Source: Candidatus Woesearchaeota archaeon
GTDB taxonomy: Archaea > Nanobdellota > Nanobdellia > Woesearchaeales > UBA9989
Assembly (NCBI GenBank): GCA_013329045.1
Contig: DUKZ01000015.1
Location: 159-64,158, forward strand
Length of the DNA stretch: 64,000 nucleotides
Direction: 5' to 3'
Part shown: positions 7,603-16,878 of the stretch, one piece after another
Numbering within the stretch: the first letter of the stretch is position 1
How the letters are laid out: every line of letters begins with the position of its first letter
Position numbers and translations under genes: made by a program
The notes under the pieces: generated by a model
Databases searched by the model: none
Seen by the model: only the letters and a program-made list of their open reading frames with translations
What the model was told of the DNA's origin: nothing

Positions 7603-9560
7603 AGACGGAGAAACTTCTTTACAAAAAGCACAGTCTTTTGCAGGAATGTGAGATCTGTCAGCTCAACAGAGAACTCTTCATCCATCGTGTACACCCTTGA
7701 CTCATCGTCCCGATAAGCGATATTGACTATATAAACATTTTTTCCAGGATAGAGTGATGACGCCTTCTGTTCGAGCACGAGCGGCTGCGCCTTGTCTACC
7801 TGATCGATAGTCCATTGGTACCTTGCCTGCCCTCTCCTCATCATGATCGTCACATTCTTCGGACTGACCATAGAGGTTTTGTTCAAGATCATTGTGATAT
7901 CAAATGTATCATGATACTTCACTTTCTTTGGGGCATCAATCATCTGCACCCTCATTGAAGGAAGATCATCCACCATGAGAAACAAGAGATGTGTCTTTGA
8001 TACGACCTCATTATCCGCACTCACTATCACCTGCGCAGGACCAGGACTATCAATCAATCCTTCAAGCATGACTGATGTTTTCTGCGTTATCCCAAGATTC
8101 ATTGTCTGACAGGATTCCCCATTCAAACACACGATGAGGGAATCAAGGAGAACATTGCCAAGGTTTTGCACCTCGCAGGGCAATGAGAATGGCTCTCCTG
8201 CCAGGATCCGGGGCATTGTGCATGAAAGGGATACATTGTTTGATATTGGCTTTGCCTCTTCTGCCATCAAGCGCCCAAGAATGCTCTGCACGTCCTGTTT
8301 CTTGAAGACAGAAAACTGCTCTTCCACATTAAAGGAACTAGAGGACATCTCACCAGAAGAGCTAGAAATGGTCAATGGAACAGTATACACATAAGCTGGA
8401 TCAAGGTTCTCATCAACCTTTACAATATAATAGACCGTCTTTTCTTCATTTGGTCCAAGGACAATATGCTTTGCCTCATCAAGTGAAGTCATCTCTTTTA
8501 CCCGAGAAAGATATAAAGAGGTAATACTATAATAGTCATCCAAGTTCTTGACTTGCACCTTGACTGCATTATATGACCCATACCCGACATTCTGGATGAG
8601 AGGAGAAACATCAACTCCCACCCCTTTTTCCTTCTCCCCATTGCTGCTCGAGAGTGTCACTTTCATCTCCAGACCAGAAGAGTCAAGGTCAACATTATGG
8701 GACCGCCATTCGTAATTCGTGGAGCTTTCATTCGAATCCGCACTCTCTTTGAGCTTGACGTGCGAGAGATCAATATCCCCAAATTGGCGGTAGGTCAGAT
8801 CAAAGGGGACCCATCCAGTGCCAGGAAAATACACCTCAGCCCAAGCGTGGGGACCCCAATTATCCAGGCCGCCATAATTGGTAAATGCAAGCCCTGAGAC
8901 AAACCTTGCCGGAAACCCAACAGACCGAGCAAAGGCGATGAACAAGGTAGTTAGCTCATCACAGACACCTTCTTTGTTGGTCAACACCCATGACGCTTTT
9001 TGCGACACATCCTCTGTTAGCGTGTTCAGGTCATAATTGACATTTGTCTCCACCCACTCTGCCAGCTTATACACGGCAACATAGCCATCACTCTCACCAG
9101 AGACGATTTCTGATGCCTGCCTGATGATCCTTGGATTGTCCGAGTCAATATTTTGCGTTGGGCCCATAAACTCTTTTACTTCATCTGGAACATCTCTTAA
9201 GGGGAATGGAACCTTCTCTTTCACTTGGTACGTGCCAGCCTTTGTCCGTACTTTCGATTGAATGGTATAAGACAGAATGCCAATTGGCGGCTTATACCAG
9301 GTAAAGAGGATGGTATTATCCTGGCGTTTTGGAACTGGATCTACTGACTGTGTCAGCACGGTCTGGCGAGAATCCGCCCTCGGGAAAAAGGTTGCCTCTG
9401 CCTGCACATAATCCACATAGGCATTTGGCTTGAGGGGGAGTGTTGTAATCGTAGAAGAGATATCAACATCCATAACAGCATTATTTGCATCAGTCATCCA
9501 GTCAGCTGCTACGACAGATGAGAGCAAAAGGATGAAAAATATGATGAGAGAGCATTTCAT
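7599..9560 (-). CDS. Secreted transglutaminase-like domain protein
   Basis: Signal peptide; GVCDE...PARFVSG...HAWAEVY...WVPFDLT Cys-His-Asp triad. Confidence 0.9.
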   Translation of the reverse strand: MKCSLIIFFILLLSSVVAADWMTDANNAVMDVDISSTITTLPLKPNAYVDYVQAEATFFPRADSRQTVLTQSVDPVPKRQDNTILFTWYKPPIGILSYTIQSKVRTKAGTYQVKEKVPFPLRDVPDEVKEFMGPTQNIDSDNPRIIRQASEIVSGESDGYVAVYKLAEWVETNVNYDLNTLTEDVSQKASWVLTNKEGVCDELTTLFIAFARSVGFPARFVSGLAFTNYGGLDNWGPHAWAEVYFPGTGWVPFDLTYRQFGDIDLSHVKLKESADSNESSTNYEWRSHNVDLDSSGLEMKVTLSSSNGEKEKGVGVDVSPLIQNVGYGSYNAVKVQVKNLDDYYSITSLYLSRVKEMTSLDEAKHIVLGPNEEKTVYYIVKVDENLDPAYVYTVPLTISSSSGEMSSSSFNVEEQFSVFKKQDVQSILGRLMAEEAKPISNNVSLSCTMPRILAGEPFSLPCEVQNLGNVLLDSLIVCLNGESCQTMNLGITQKTSVMLEGLIDSPGPAQVIVSADNEVVSKTHLLFLMVDDLPSMRVQMIDAPKKVKYHDTFDITMILNKTSMVSPKNVTIMMRRGQARYQWTIDQVDKAQPLVLEQKASSLYPGKNVYIVNIAYRDDESRVYTMDEEFSVELTDLTFLQKTVLFVKKFLRL

Positions 9561-9604
9561 TCATATACCTGTTAAGACAGCATTTAAATAGTTTTAGAAA
9601 AGGA

Positions 9605-9715
9605 TAGCGGGGAGAGGATTTGAACCTCCGACCTGCGGGTTACCAACTCAAGATGTTCTATAAAGAACCCTTGCGATATGAGCCCGCCGGGCACTCCTGG
9701 CTGCCCTACCCCGCT
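9605..9715 (-). tRNA. Initiator tRNA-Met(CAT) with 36-nt intron at 37/38 (intron 9641-9676)
   Basis: A1-U72 pair; GGG/CCC anticodon stem; CTCATA|intron|ACCC; BHB-like junction. Confidence 0.92.
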
Positions 9716-9758
9716 GTAGATGTACAAAAGACTCTCAACCCCTTTAAAATCTTTTGTA

Positions 9759-9902
9759 TTATGCGCTCTCCTCGAGCTGCCTTAGCTCGGACTCTAATGC
9801 ACTCAGCTGCGCCAACTTTCCTGGATTGATCTGATTCCTCATCTTGTCCCACTTTAATACACTGATCTTTTTCTTTATCTCTTCAATTTTCTCTTGTTCC
9901 AT
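9759..9902 (-). CDS. Small coiled-coil hypothetical protein (47 aa); absent from ORF track
   Basis: MEQEKIEEIKKKISVLKWDKMRNQINPGKLAQLSALESELRQLEESA; GGGGTG SD-like motif upstream. Confidence 0.6.
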   Translation of the reverse strand: MEQEKIEEIKKKISVLKWDKMRNQINPGKLAQLSALESELRQLEESA

Positions 9903-9961
9903 AAAAAACACCCCAATCAAGAATGTAGGAAAAGCCAATCCGGAATCTTATAAAAAGGTTT

Positions 9962-11365
9962 TCATTGATCCTGATGATACTCCATGCCCGATTTTAGCGC
10001 CTGCTCAGCCTTTTGCAGCTCTGTCCCAAGATAGAGCGCATGACTCACCTGTGAGACGACCTTCTCTTCTGCAATCTTTCGAAATAGATCGAACGCAGTC
10101 GTCCCGACATATTCCTTAATCTTCTTCCCTACAGGGGTGAGATGATAGACATGAATCTTTCCCTCCATCACATGGATCACGATATTGCCACGAGGATCAC
10201 CTATGCGAGGAACAATTGGTGCATTCTTCTCCAGGATGCCCTGTGCTTTTTTCCATTCTTTCTCATAGATATGGGCTGAGTTGGATATGGTCGTCAAGGT
10301 GCCCATGGGAACATCTAGCCCTGCTGCGATATTTTTTTGAAGTTTCCTTATCGCAATCACATTCCTTGGCCAGGCAGCGAACATGTCATTGCTTCGAAAG
10401 TATACAGTGAGATGGAGCCTGCCTTGATGAATGAGAGCCTGGACGAGATCAAGACAGGGCTGATTTGCCTCATCATGATCTTTTGACACATCCCAGGTTA
10501 TGGCCACCGCCCTTCTTGTCTCCGGCGATTTCTTGAGCATCCCCACCATCCATTGCACTTGGTCTACACCCTTATAGTCCATCAGTCTCTGGCCATAGGT
10601 GTAGGAGACACCATCAAGGCTTTTTCCTGAAAGGACTTGAGGAAGGTACTCTTCCAGCTCTTTCTTTGTGAAAGGAAAAAAATCTTTCCACACAAGCTTG
10701 TCTGGATCCTCCTCAGAGATGATAGCAATCAGGTTCATCACTTCCTTTGTGTCCACGCCATACTGAGAATGCTTAATCACCCCAAAACGCATCACCGTAT
10801 GAAGGATGTGGAGCCATGCATCATTGATATATTTCTCTTCAACACGAAATCCAGCTGATTCCGCAGGATAACAGTCTGGCTCAGAGACTGCCGGCAAGGG
10901 AAATACCTCAGGCTCCCCATATGAACCAAGAGAAGGCAATTCCCCAATGATCCTGTTTAGCTGTTTCATGTCCTGAAACCGGCGATAGTCATGAAGAGTG
11001 ACATGCTTCCTGAGATTATCTATCGCAGAAACCGGAATCTCCTGGTCGACCTCTGAGTCTATCTTACTGATCACCCTGTGATGGTCATCAATTCCTTTCT
11101 CAAACAGGTCAACGAGCGCTTCACCTGAATGGCTCAGGTCAGCCCCCGTGATGACGAGGTGGCGGATGTTTTTGTTGGCAAGAAAGTTCCTGACCAATGA
11201 AGAAATGCCCTCATACCTCGAATAGAGCTGGCCGATGCAGCGATAATTCTTCTTGTCAAGGTGGTGGGCTATTGCTTCCTTCTTTGTCCAGAGAGTGATG
11301 ATAGCTGCTTCTGACTCCTCGCTCCCAAGGAGCAACTGGTCACCATAGAGGATTGGCCATTCCAT
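9962..11365 (-). CDS. thyA: Thymidylate synthase (ThyA) fused to N-terminal MtrA-like and C-terminal DUF4346-like domains
   Basis: YTYGQRL, TRRAV, QPCL, FRSND, SAHIY; N-terminal LWT...IGQLYS...LANKNIR; C-terminal DPRGN...HALYLGTELQKAE...YHQD. Confidence 0.88.
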   Translation of the reverse strand: MEWPILYGDQLLLGSEESEAAIITLWTKKEAIAHHLDKKNYRCIGQLYSRYEGISSLVRNFLANKNIRHLVITGADLSHSGEALVDLFEKGIDDHHRVISKIDSEVDQEIPVSAIDNLRKHVTLHDYRRFQDMKQLNRIIGELPSLGSYGEPEVFPLPAVSEPDCYPAESAGFRVEEKYINDAWLHILHTVMRFGVIKHSQYGVDTKEVMNLIAIISEEDPDKLVWKDFFPFTKKELEEYLPQVLSGKSLDGVSYTYGQRLMDYKGVDQVQWMVGMLKKSPETRRAVAITWDVSKDHDEANQPCLDLVQALIHQGRLHLTVYFRSNDMFAAWPRNVIAIRKLQKNIAAGLDVPMGTLTTISNSAHIYEKEWKKAQGILEKNAPIVPRIGDPRGNIVIHVMEGKIHVYHLTPVGKKIKEYVGTTAFDLFRKIAEEKVVSQVSHALYLGTELQKAEQALKSGMEYHQDQ

Positions 11366-11431
11366 CACCAATGGAAAGAAGGGAGCATTTATAAAGTTGT
11401 TTTTTCTCTGAGAAAGCTTATTGGTGATCCT

Positions 11432-12199
11432 ATGTATGTCAATACCCTCAATCCAGTACTGCTGAAAGCCGGACCGATAACTATCTATTGGTATAGCATC
11501 CCCTACCTGATCGGTTTTCTTGTTATCTATTGGCTGCTTGCTGCTGAACGGAAGAAAAAAAGCATTCAAAACCTCACAGAGGAAACGGTTGAAGGCTTGT
11601 TTTTCTGGCTTTTCCTTGGAGTCCTTGTTGGGGGAAGGATATTCTATTTTCTCTTCAATGACCCGGGAACATTCATCCATGACCCACTGGAAATCCTCAT
11701 GATATGGCATGGAGGAATGGCATTTTTTGGGGCGGTATTCCTCATGACTCTCTTTGGGTATTATTATTGCAAGAACAAGAAGATACCATTCTTCGCCGTC
11801 GCTGACATCGTTGTCATCGGCGGGGCTTTGGGCCTTGCGCTTGGACGAATCGGGAATTTTATCAACAGCGAAATCGTCGGAATTGCGTGGAATGGCCCTT
11901 GGTGCGTTGTGTATCCTGCCGTTGATTCTCTCTGCAGGCATCCTTACCAGCTGTATGCTTCGTTATCACATTTCCTGATGCTGGGAATCCTTGTCCTTGC
12001 CTGGAAAAAGATGAAGCAACGACGAGAGGGATTATTGTTCTGGCTGTTTGTCTTCCTGTATGGACTCTTCCGATTCATCACGGATTTTTGGAGGAATGAG
12101 ACAGTCTTTGTCTTTGGGATTGGAGGGAGCCAGGTGGCGAGTCTCGTGATGGTGCTCATCGGCCTTATAGCCCTCAAAAAAATCTATCCCTCTCGATGA
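11432..12199 (+). CDS. lgt: Prolipoprotein diacylglyceryl transferase
   Basis: IYWYS, GGR..Y, WHGGMAF.G, GRIGNFINSE, RHPYQLY, RFITDFWR. Confidence 0.95.
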   Translation: MYVNTLNPVLLKAGPITIYWYSIPYLIGFLVIYWLLAAERKKKSIQNLTEETVEGLFFWLFLGVLVGGRIFYFLFNDPGTFIHDPLEILMIWHGGMAFFGAVFLMTLFGYYYCKNKKIPFFAVADIVVIGGALGLALGRIGNFINSEIVGIAWNGPWCVVYPAVDSLCRHPYQLYASLSHFLMLGILVLAWKKMKQRREGLLFWLFVFLYGLFRFITDFWRNETVFVFGIGGSQVASLVMVLIGLIALKKIYPSR

Positions 12200-12223
12200 G
12201 TACCTAACAGGATTGCTCAGGTA

Positions 12224-12796
12224 TCAAGCTCCCAGCATAATCAGTGTAAACTCATGTTTTTTCCCAAGATCTTTGATCAATGTGTCTAGTCCCCCCTCAT
12301 CTATGCTTGTTACAACTGGATCTCCTGCGGTTATACCACAATGCCAATATCGTATATTACTGCGGCGAAGAACCGTCTCTTGCATTGCATATGTTTCTCC
12401 CTCTGGATCAGCCATATATTCCCAATCATACCCAATCTGCGCCATTGTGGATCGTATAGGAGCTCTTCCAGAATATTTTTCGACAGCTGCACGACCATAA
12501 ACAAACGCATTTTCGTCCACACGAAGAAGGTATCCTCTGATATAAAACATTTCAATTTGGTCAATATCTGCGGGAAGCACTATCTGTCGCCCTTCAATTC
12601 TTGGTGCTGGATCCTCTTCTAAAGTTGCTTCGAACCACAAACCAACCGATACATCAGCCAATAAACTCCCCTGTGATACTGCACGCTCATGACCGAATAC
12701 ATCCTTTTTATGAGGGTACCAACAGTAGATAGATGAAACAGGAATTAGCTCACCCCCCCTATACCTTTCCTGAATTTTAGTTCTATTAACACTCAT
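12224..12796 (-). CDS. Hypothetical protein
   Basis: 190-aa ORF; no recognised motif. Confidence 0.6.
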   Translation of the reverse strand: MSVNRTKIQERYRGGELIPVSSIYCWYPHKKDVFGHERAVSQGSLLADVSVGLWFEATLEEDPAPRIEGRQIVLPADIDQIEMFYIRGYLLRVDENAFVYGRAAVEKYSGRAPIRSTMAQIGYDWEYMADPEGETYAMQETVLRRSNIRYWHCGITAGDPVVTSIDEGGLDTLIKDLGKKHEFTLIMLGA

Positions 12797-12966
12797 AAAA
12801 ATTTTAGCCTTTGATGGCTTATTAAGAATGCCCTATCGATCACTAGTATCGGGCTCACTTAAGAAATCTTTAAAAACGGACTCACACTAATAGACTATGC
12901 GAGGCGCGGTCGCATACACAAAAACGAATTGTTTTTGGTCGCGACCTTGGCATTCGCTACGCTCAA

Positions 12967-13092
12967 GCCGCGGTCGCATAGCCCGGCTATTGCGGTAGAT
13001 TGCTAGGAGCTTTTTGTTCCTGAGACACTTGCAATAGCCCACAAAGATCTACTGTCCGAAAGGGCACGGGGGTTCGAATCCCTCCCGCGGCG
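12967..13092 (+). tRNA. tRNA-Ser(GCT) with 41-nt intron at 37/38 (intron 13006-13046)
   Basis: GCCGCGG/CCGCGGC acceptor stem; GTAGA-TTGCTA|A-TCTAC anticodon arm; long variable arm TGTCCGAAAGGGCA; TTCGAAT T-loop. Confidence 0.9.
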
Positions 13093-13576
13093 TTTTTTTT
13101 CCCGCGTGGTGGGATGGAAGCTTGTTCTCCCTTACTCGTAATGCCCTAAACGAAAAGAGGTCATAGACATCTATTGAAAACCTCCAGTAAGGGAGAAGCT
13201 CGATATAAACAAGGTGGGATTTGAACCCTAAGCGTTGTAGAGCTTTGTATCGGTCATATGCCTGCTGAGAGATCTCTAAAGAATCCCTATTAGAGAATAC
13301 CTTTGATTTTACCTCAAAAAGGTTGATAGTATGAACCATTCGATTATCATGTATAAACTCGAGGAGGTCTATAGACTTGAAGAACCTCGCTAGAGGTTCA
13401 ACGTCGAGCCTGTCAGGGATAACAAGACTATAATAATCGAGCAATCCTTGTAAAGACATGAATTCAACCGTTCGAAAGATAAATGCATGTTCCCTCTCAC
13501 GACGAAGATAGCGCCTTGCAATCTGTTCCATCGTATACCCCCTGAAATTTGCATCTGTAAAAAGGTCTATCTTCAT
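13049..13576 (-). CDS. Hypothetical protein, possible PD-(D/E)XK nuclease fold; 3' end overlaps tRNA-Ser antisense
   Basis: E...IDLL...FEVKSK spacing typical of PD-(D/E)XK proteins. Confidence 0.55.
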   Translation of the reverse strand: MKIDLFTDANFRGYTMEQIARRYLRREREHAFIFRTVEFMSLQGLLDYYSLVIPDRLDVEPLARFFKSIDLLEFIHDNRMVHTINLFEVKSKVFSNRDSLEISQQAYDRYKALQRLGFKSHLVYIELLPYWRFSIDVYDLFSFRALRVRENKLPSHHAGKKTPREGFEPPCPFGQ

Positions 13577-13907
13577 CTCTCTTTCCTCTTACTTTGCCCT
13601 TCTTAATTGTTGCTTAGGACGTGCCGAAATAGGTTCAGATGAAACGAACATGCATCGCTCTTAGCCAAAAATTGTGATAAAGAACCGTTGACGAACCGTT
13701 TTTTTCACAACGGCATGAACAATTACTTTGGCTCTTCATTAAATACAATTGATCTCCCTGGAAAATTTTTATCGTAAGGCTTATAAAGCAACAAACACCT
13801 CTTACCCACATGCCAACAGTCTCTTTCGGCCAAGAAGGTGAACAGGATCACGATTCAGGCATTATGCAGATGATAGTCCTATAACAAGCAATACCTCTCG
13901 TGTTCCA

Positions 13908-14213
13908 TTGTATACTGGTCCTCAATTAACACATGAATCTTCCTACCAAGGGAGACACAGGATTAAAACAGTCCTCTTTGGCCTTGCACTTTCTGTAGCC
14001 GTAGGATATGGTACATTAAGAGTCAAAAGTGCAGCAGAACAAAATCTCCCCTTACCAATTGCAAACCAGGGATGCACAGATATTATTTATGATGATTCCC
14101 ATGAACCAGTTGTCAGGGAGCCTCCCCAACCCTATAGACATAACCCAGGATTTGTGCCAGTCTTGAATCCTGATGGAAGCACCTCAACGCTTGATCAGAT
14201 CATCAAAAAATGA
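13908..14213 (+). CDS. Hypothetical single-TM protein (start uncertain)
   Basis: TTG-start ORF with one hydrophobic segment. Confidence 0.45.
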   Translation: MYTGPQLTHESSYQGRHRIKTVLFGLALSVAVGYGTLRVKSAAEQNLPLPIANQGCTDIIYDDSHEPVVREPPQPYRHNPGFVPVLNPDGSTSTLDQIIKK

Positions 14214-14279
14214 CAGATAGACCATTTTTTCTTTTTGCAAACAAACATTTAAATAGTTAATTTTTCTGAGAAATAAGCT

Positions 14280-14627
14280 ATGGTTATCGGGCACATTGCA
14301 GGGCTGACTTTTTTGCCTGTTGGCGTTGTCATGCTCCTCAACAATTTTGGTATTATGCACTTATCAAAAATTTTTGGCATAGATATCACCCTCCTTGGGG
14401 CACTTGGCCTCATCATTGTTGAAATCACAGACATCATTGATTCACACATCGCTGATCAGCATGTCATCCTCACCTGGATTGTCGGACTCATCCTGCTTTT
14501 CCCTTCAATACTTTATTTCATGTCAAAAGCCATGACCCTTCTCCCAGCAATTGTGAGCGCTGTTCCCATCATCATCGCAGCATTCCTCATCAATGAAGGG
14601 CTTGGAAGCGTGTTTATAGGAGATTGA
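14280..14627 (+). CDS. Hypothetical membrane protein (4 TM)
   Basis: Hydrophobic 115-aa ORF co-directional with dut. Confidence 0.75.
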   Translation: MVIGHIAGLTFLPVGVVMLLNNFGIMHLSKIFGIDITLLGALGLIIVEITDIIDSHIADQHVILTWIVGLILLFPSILYFMSKAMTLLPAIVSAVPIIIAAFLINEGLGSVFIGD

Positions 14628-14636
14628 TCTTTCAAA

Positions 14637-15065
14637 ATGATACAAGTACATATCCAACGAATAGACAAAGACATCGACCTCCCATCTTATGCACACCCGG
14701 GAGATGCTGCATTTGATCTTCGATCCAGGGAAGAGAAGACAATCATGCCAGGCGAGCTTGTGATCATCAAGACCGGCCTCAAAATGGAGATTCCTGAAGG
14801 GTATTTTGGGAATATCCGGGACAGGTCTGGGCTTGCTGCAAAACATGGCCTGCATTGCCTTGCTGGAGTTGTGGACTCCCATTATCGGGGAGAAGTGGGC
14901 GTTGTCATGACAAACCTTGGCAAGGAAGCATTTACTGTTGAAAAAAACATGAGGATAGCCCAGATGCTCATCCAAAAAGTAGAACATGCAGCTCTGCAAG
15001 AAACAGATGAAGTGAGTGAAACAAAACGGGGGGAAGGAGGATTTGGAAGCACCGGCACTCACTGA
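14637..15065 (+). CDS. dut: dUTP diphosphatase (trimeric type)
   Basis: AAFDL, RSGLA, GVVDSHYRGE, RIAQM, RGEGGFGSTG. Confidence 0.97.
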   Translation: MIQVHIQRIDKDIDLPSYAHPGDAAFDLRSREEKTIMPGELVIIKTGLKMEIPEGYFGNIRDRSGLAAKHGLHCLAGVVDSHYRGEVGVVMTNLGKEAFTVEKNMRIAQMLIQKVEHAALQETDEVSETKRGEGGFGSTGTH

Positions 15066-15760
15066 TAGTGCTTGTTCCAGATCTTCTTGATTTCATTCTT
15101 TGTGCCTTCGACCGTCATTGGAGGATTGGTGTCCACATGCACAACAACTGTTTTAGCCTCTGGAAAGAGCTCCTTTAGCCACTCAGAAAGATATGCGAGC
15201 CTAACCCTTCTTTGAAACTCCAATTGCTCAAAGATAGCATTGTCCTGCTTTGTTGCCCTCTTATTGAGGCGCTCCATGACCACTTCAGGATCGCAGGTCA
15301 TGATGATGAGCAGTCCTGGGGGATGCTCTAAACAAAACCTGTTGCCAGGCAGCTGCATGAGATGATGCAGGGTGTAGCCATTCTCCATCAACACCTGGTA
15401 TACCAAAGAGCTCACAACGCTTCTTTCCTGGAACACATACTTGCCCTCTTTTAATGCTGGCAAGACAAATTTCTTATAGAGCGCTTTTCGGTCTTCAGAA
15501 AATGCCTGCGCAATCTCAAATGGGGATGCTGTTGTACCATGCTGGATCAATTCTTCTCTCAGCCGTTTTCCTTCACCAATATATGTTGGTTCTGCTGTGA
15601 GAAAGACATCATACTCCCCTATTGGGGGGTGCTTTCCATGAGTTTTCCAATACTCCCTGGCATCACAGACCATTTTTCCCTTAGCCCATTCCCTTAATGC
15701 AGCAATAGCTGTCCCTTTCCCGGCACCATCCATCCCTTCGACTACAACAAACCGTTTCAT
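15059..15760 (-). CDS. tmk: Thymidylate kinase
   Basis: FVVVEGMDGAGKGT P-loop, EPT, ERSVVSSLVYQ; start reassigned to MKRF. Confidence 0.92.
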   Translation of the reverse strand: MKRFVVVEGMDGAGKGTAIAALREWAKGKMVCDAREYWKTHGKHPPIGEYDVFLTAEPTYIGEGKRLREELIQHGTTASPFEIAQAFSEDRKALYKKFVLPALKEGKYVFQERSVVSSLVYQVLMENGYTLHHLMQLPGNRFCLEHPPGLLIIMTCDPEVVMERLNKRATKQDNAIFEQLEFQRRVRLAYLSEWLKELFPEAKTVVVHVDTNPPMTVEGTKNEIKKIWNKHYQ

Positions 15761-16338
15761 TTGAGAGTATTGATCAACATCTGGCCAAACTGGGAGAAAA
15801 GCAGCATGTTGAACACCAGATTTGTGATCCCAAAAAACCAGCATTTATAGGGTTTTGCGCCAAACATGACCATGAGCATTGAGGAGACAAAAAAATTGTA
15901 GATGATCGTGAGAGTAATACCCAAAAGGAGGATATTGACATTAGAGAACATTGCTGCCAGAATTCCAACCAACCCATACATCGGGATAATTACAATACTA
16001 AATATTGAGATGTACGCCTTAATGACATAACTGACAAGTGCGGAAGAAAGACCCACAAATATCCCAAAACCAGATCCCCATACCACACTGGCAATGACTG
16101 TTGGAAAGAGAATAAACTCTATACCGAGTGGCATGAACCTTGTCAGAAAAGCAAATTGCCGTTTCCCAAACCCCATGATGCCATTTAAGATAATGGAACA
16201 TGCGAGGAAAATGAACCGAGAAGCATATGCCTTTATCAGGAAAACAAAAAACAAAACGGCAAAGATAACAAGAGAGAGGTAGATGAGGAGCTCTGTTGTG
16301 CTCATGTCAACCTCTTTTACTGCATATTCTTCTTCCAT
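15757..16338 (-). CDS. Hypothetical membrane protein (ECF S-component-like topology)
   Basis: About 6 TM segments; G.E.......G...G...G pattern. Confidence 0.65.
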   Translation of the reverse strand: MEEEYAVKEVDMSTTELLIYLSLVIFAVLFFVFLIKAYASRFIFLACSIILNGIMGFGKRQFAFLTRFMPLGIEFILFPTVIASVVWGSGFGIFVGLSSALVSYVIKAYISIFSIVIIPMYGLVGILAAMFSNVNILLLGITLTIIYNFFVSSMLMVMFGAKPYKCWFFGITNLVFNMLLFSQFGQMLINTLK

Positions 16339-16340
16339 CC

Positions 16341-16757
16341 TCAGTATGTCGTCTCCTTCACGCCCTCACCGGTTATTATGCAATCTGCAATAACGGTTTC
16401 TTCTCCAAATGAGACAAACACTGCCTCGAGCGAGCGAGCGCCCAGTTTTGACATGATCTCATCATACTCTGCTTGTCCAAGGGGAAATGACGGCTTATAG
16501 GATGAGTTAAAGAGCTGAAGATATGCATCACAGCCTTCTTCTAATGCAGCTTCAGGAAGGATGATCTCAACAGATGCCAAGCTTTCTCCACGGAGCAACA
16601 CAACACCATTCATCGTCTCAAGAGTGAGCGGCTGGATATCTTCGATCGGTACTGGCCTTACTACGGGAGGGGGCATGCTACCCGGTAGAGAAGGGGGCTC
16701 TGGCTCACTCCTGCTACAAGCTACAAGGAGAAGCGCAATCAACATAACCCATTTCAT
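16341..16757 (-). CDS. Putative lipoprotein
   Basis: MKWVMLIALLLVA-C lipobox followed by a Pro-rich linker. Confidence 0.7.
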   Translation of the reverse strand: MKWVMLIALLLVACSRSEPEPPSLPGSMPPPVVRPVPIEDIQPLTLETMNGVVLLRGESLASVEIILPEAALEEGCDAYLQLFNSSYKPSFPLGQAEYDEIMSKLGARSLEAVFVSFGEETVIADCIITGEGVKETTY

Positions 16758-16878
16758 GGGCAAATGGTTTCCTTTGCGCTATATAAAGATTATGTTGCGG
16801 GTTTGCAAATGAGCGCTTAATTTTCTCCTAAGTCCTGTTGTGAGATATGTTTAAATAACACAACGATATTGAATGTGC

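Noticed and set aside
11366-11941. N-terminal 191 aa of the 659-aa ThyA ORF
   Set aside because: Antisense shadow of lgt
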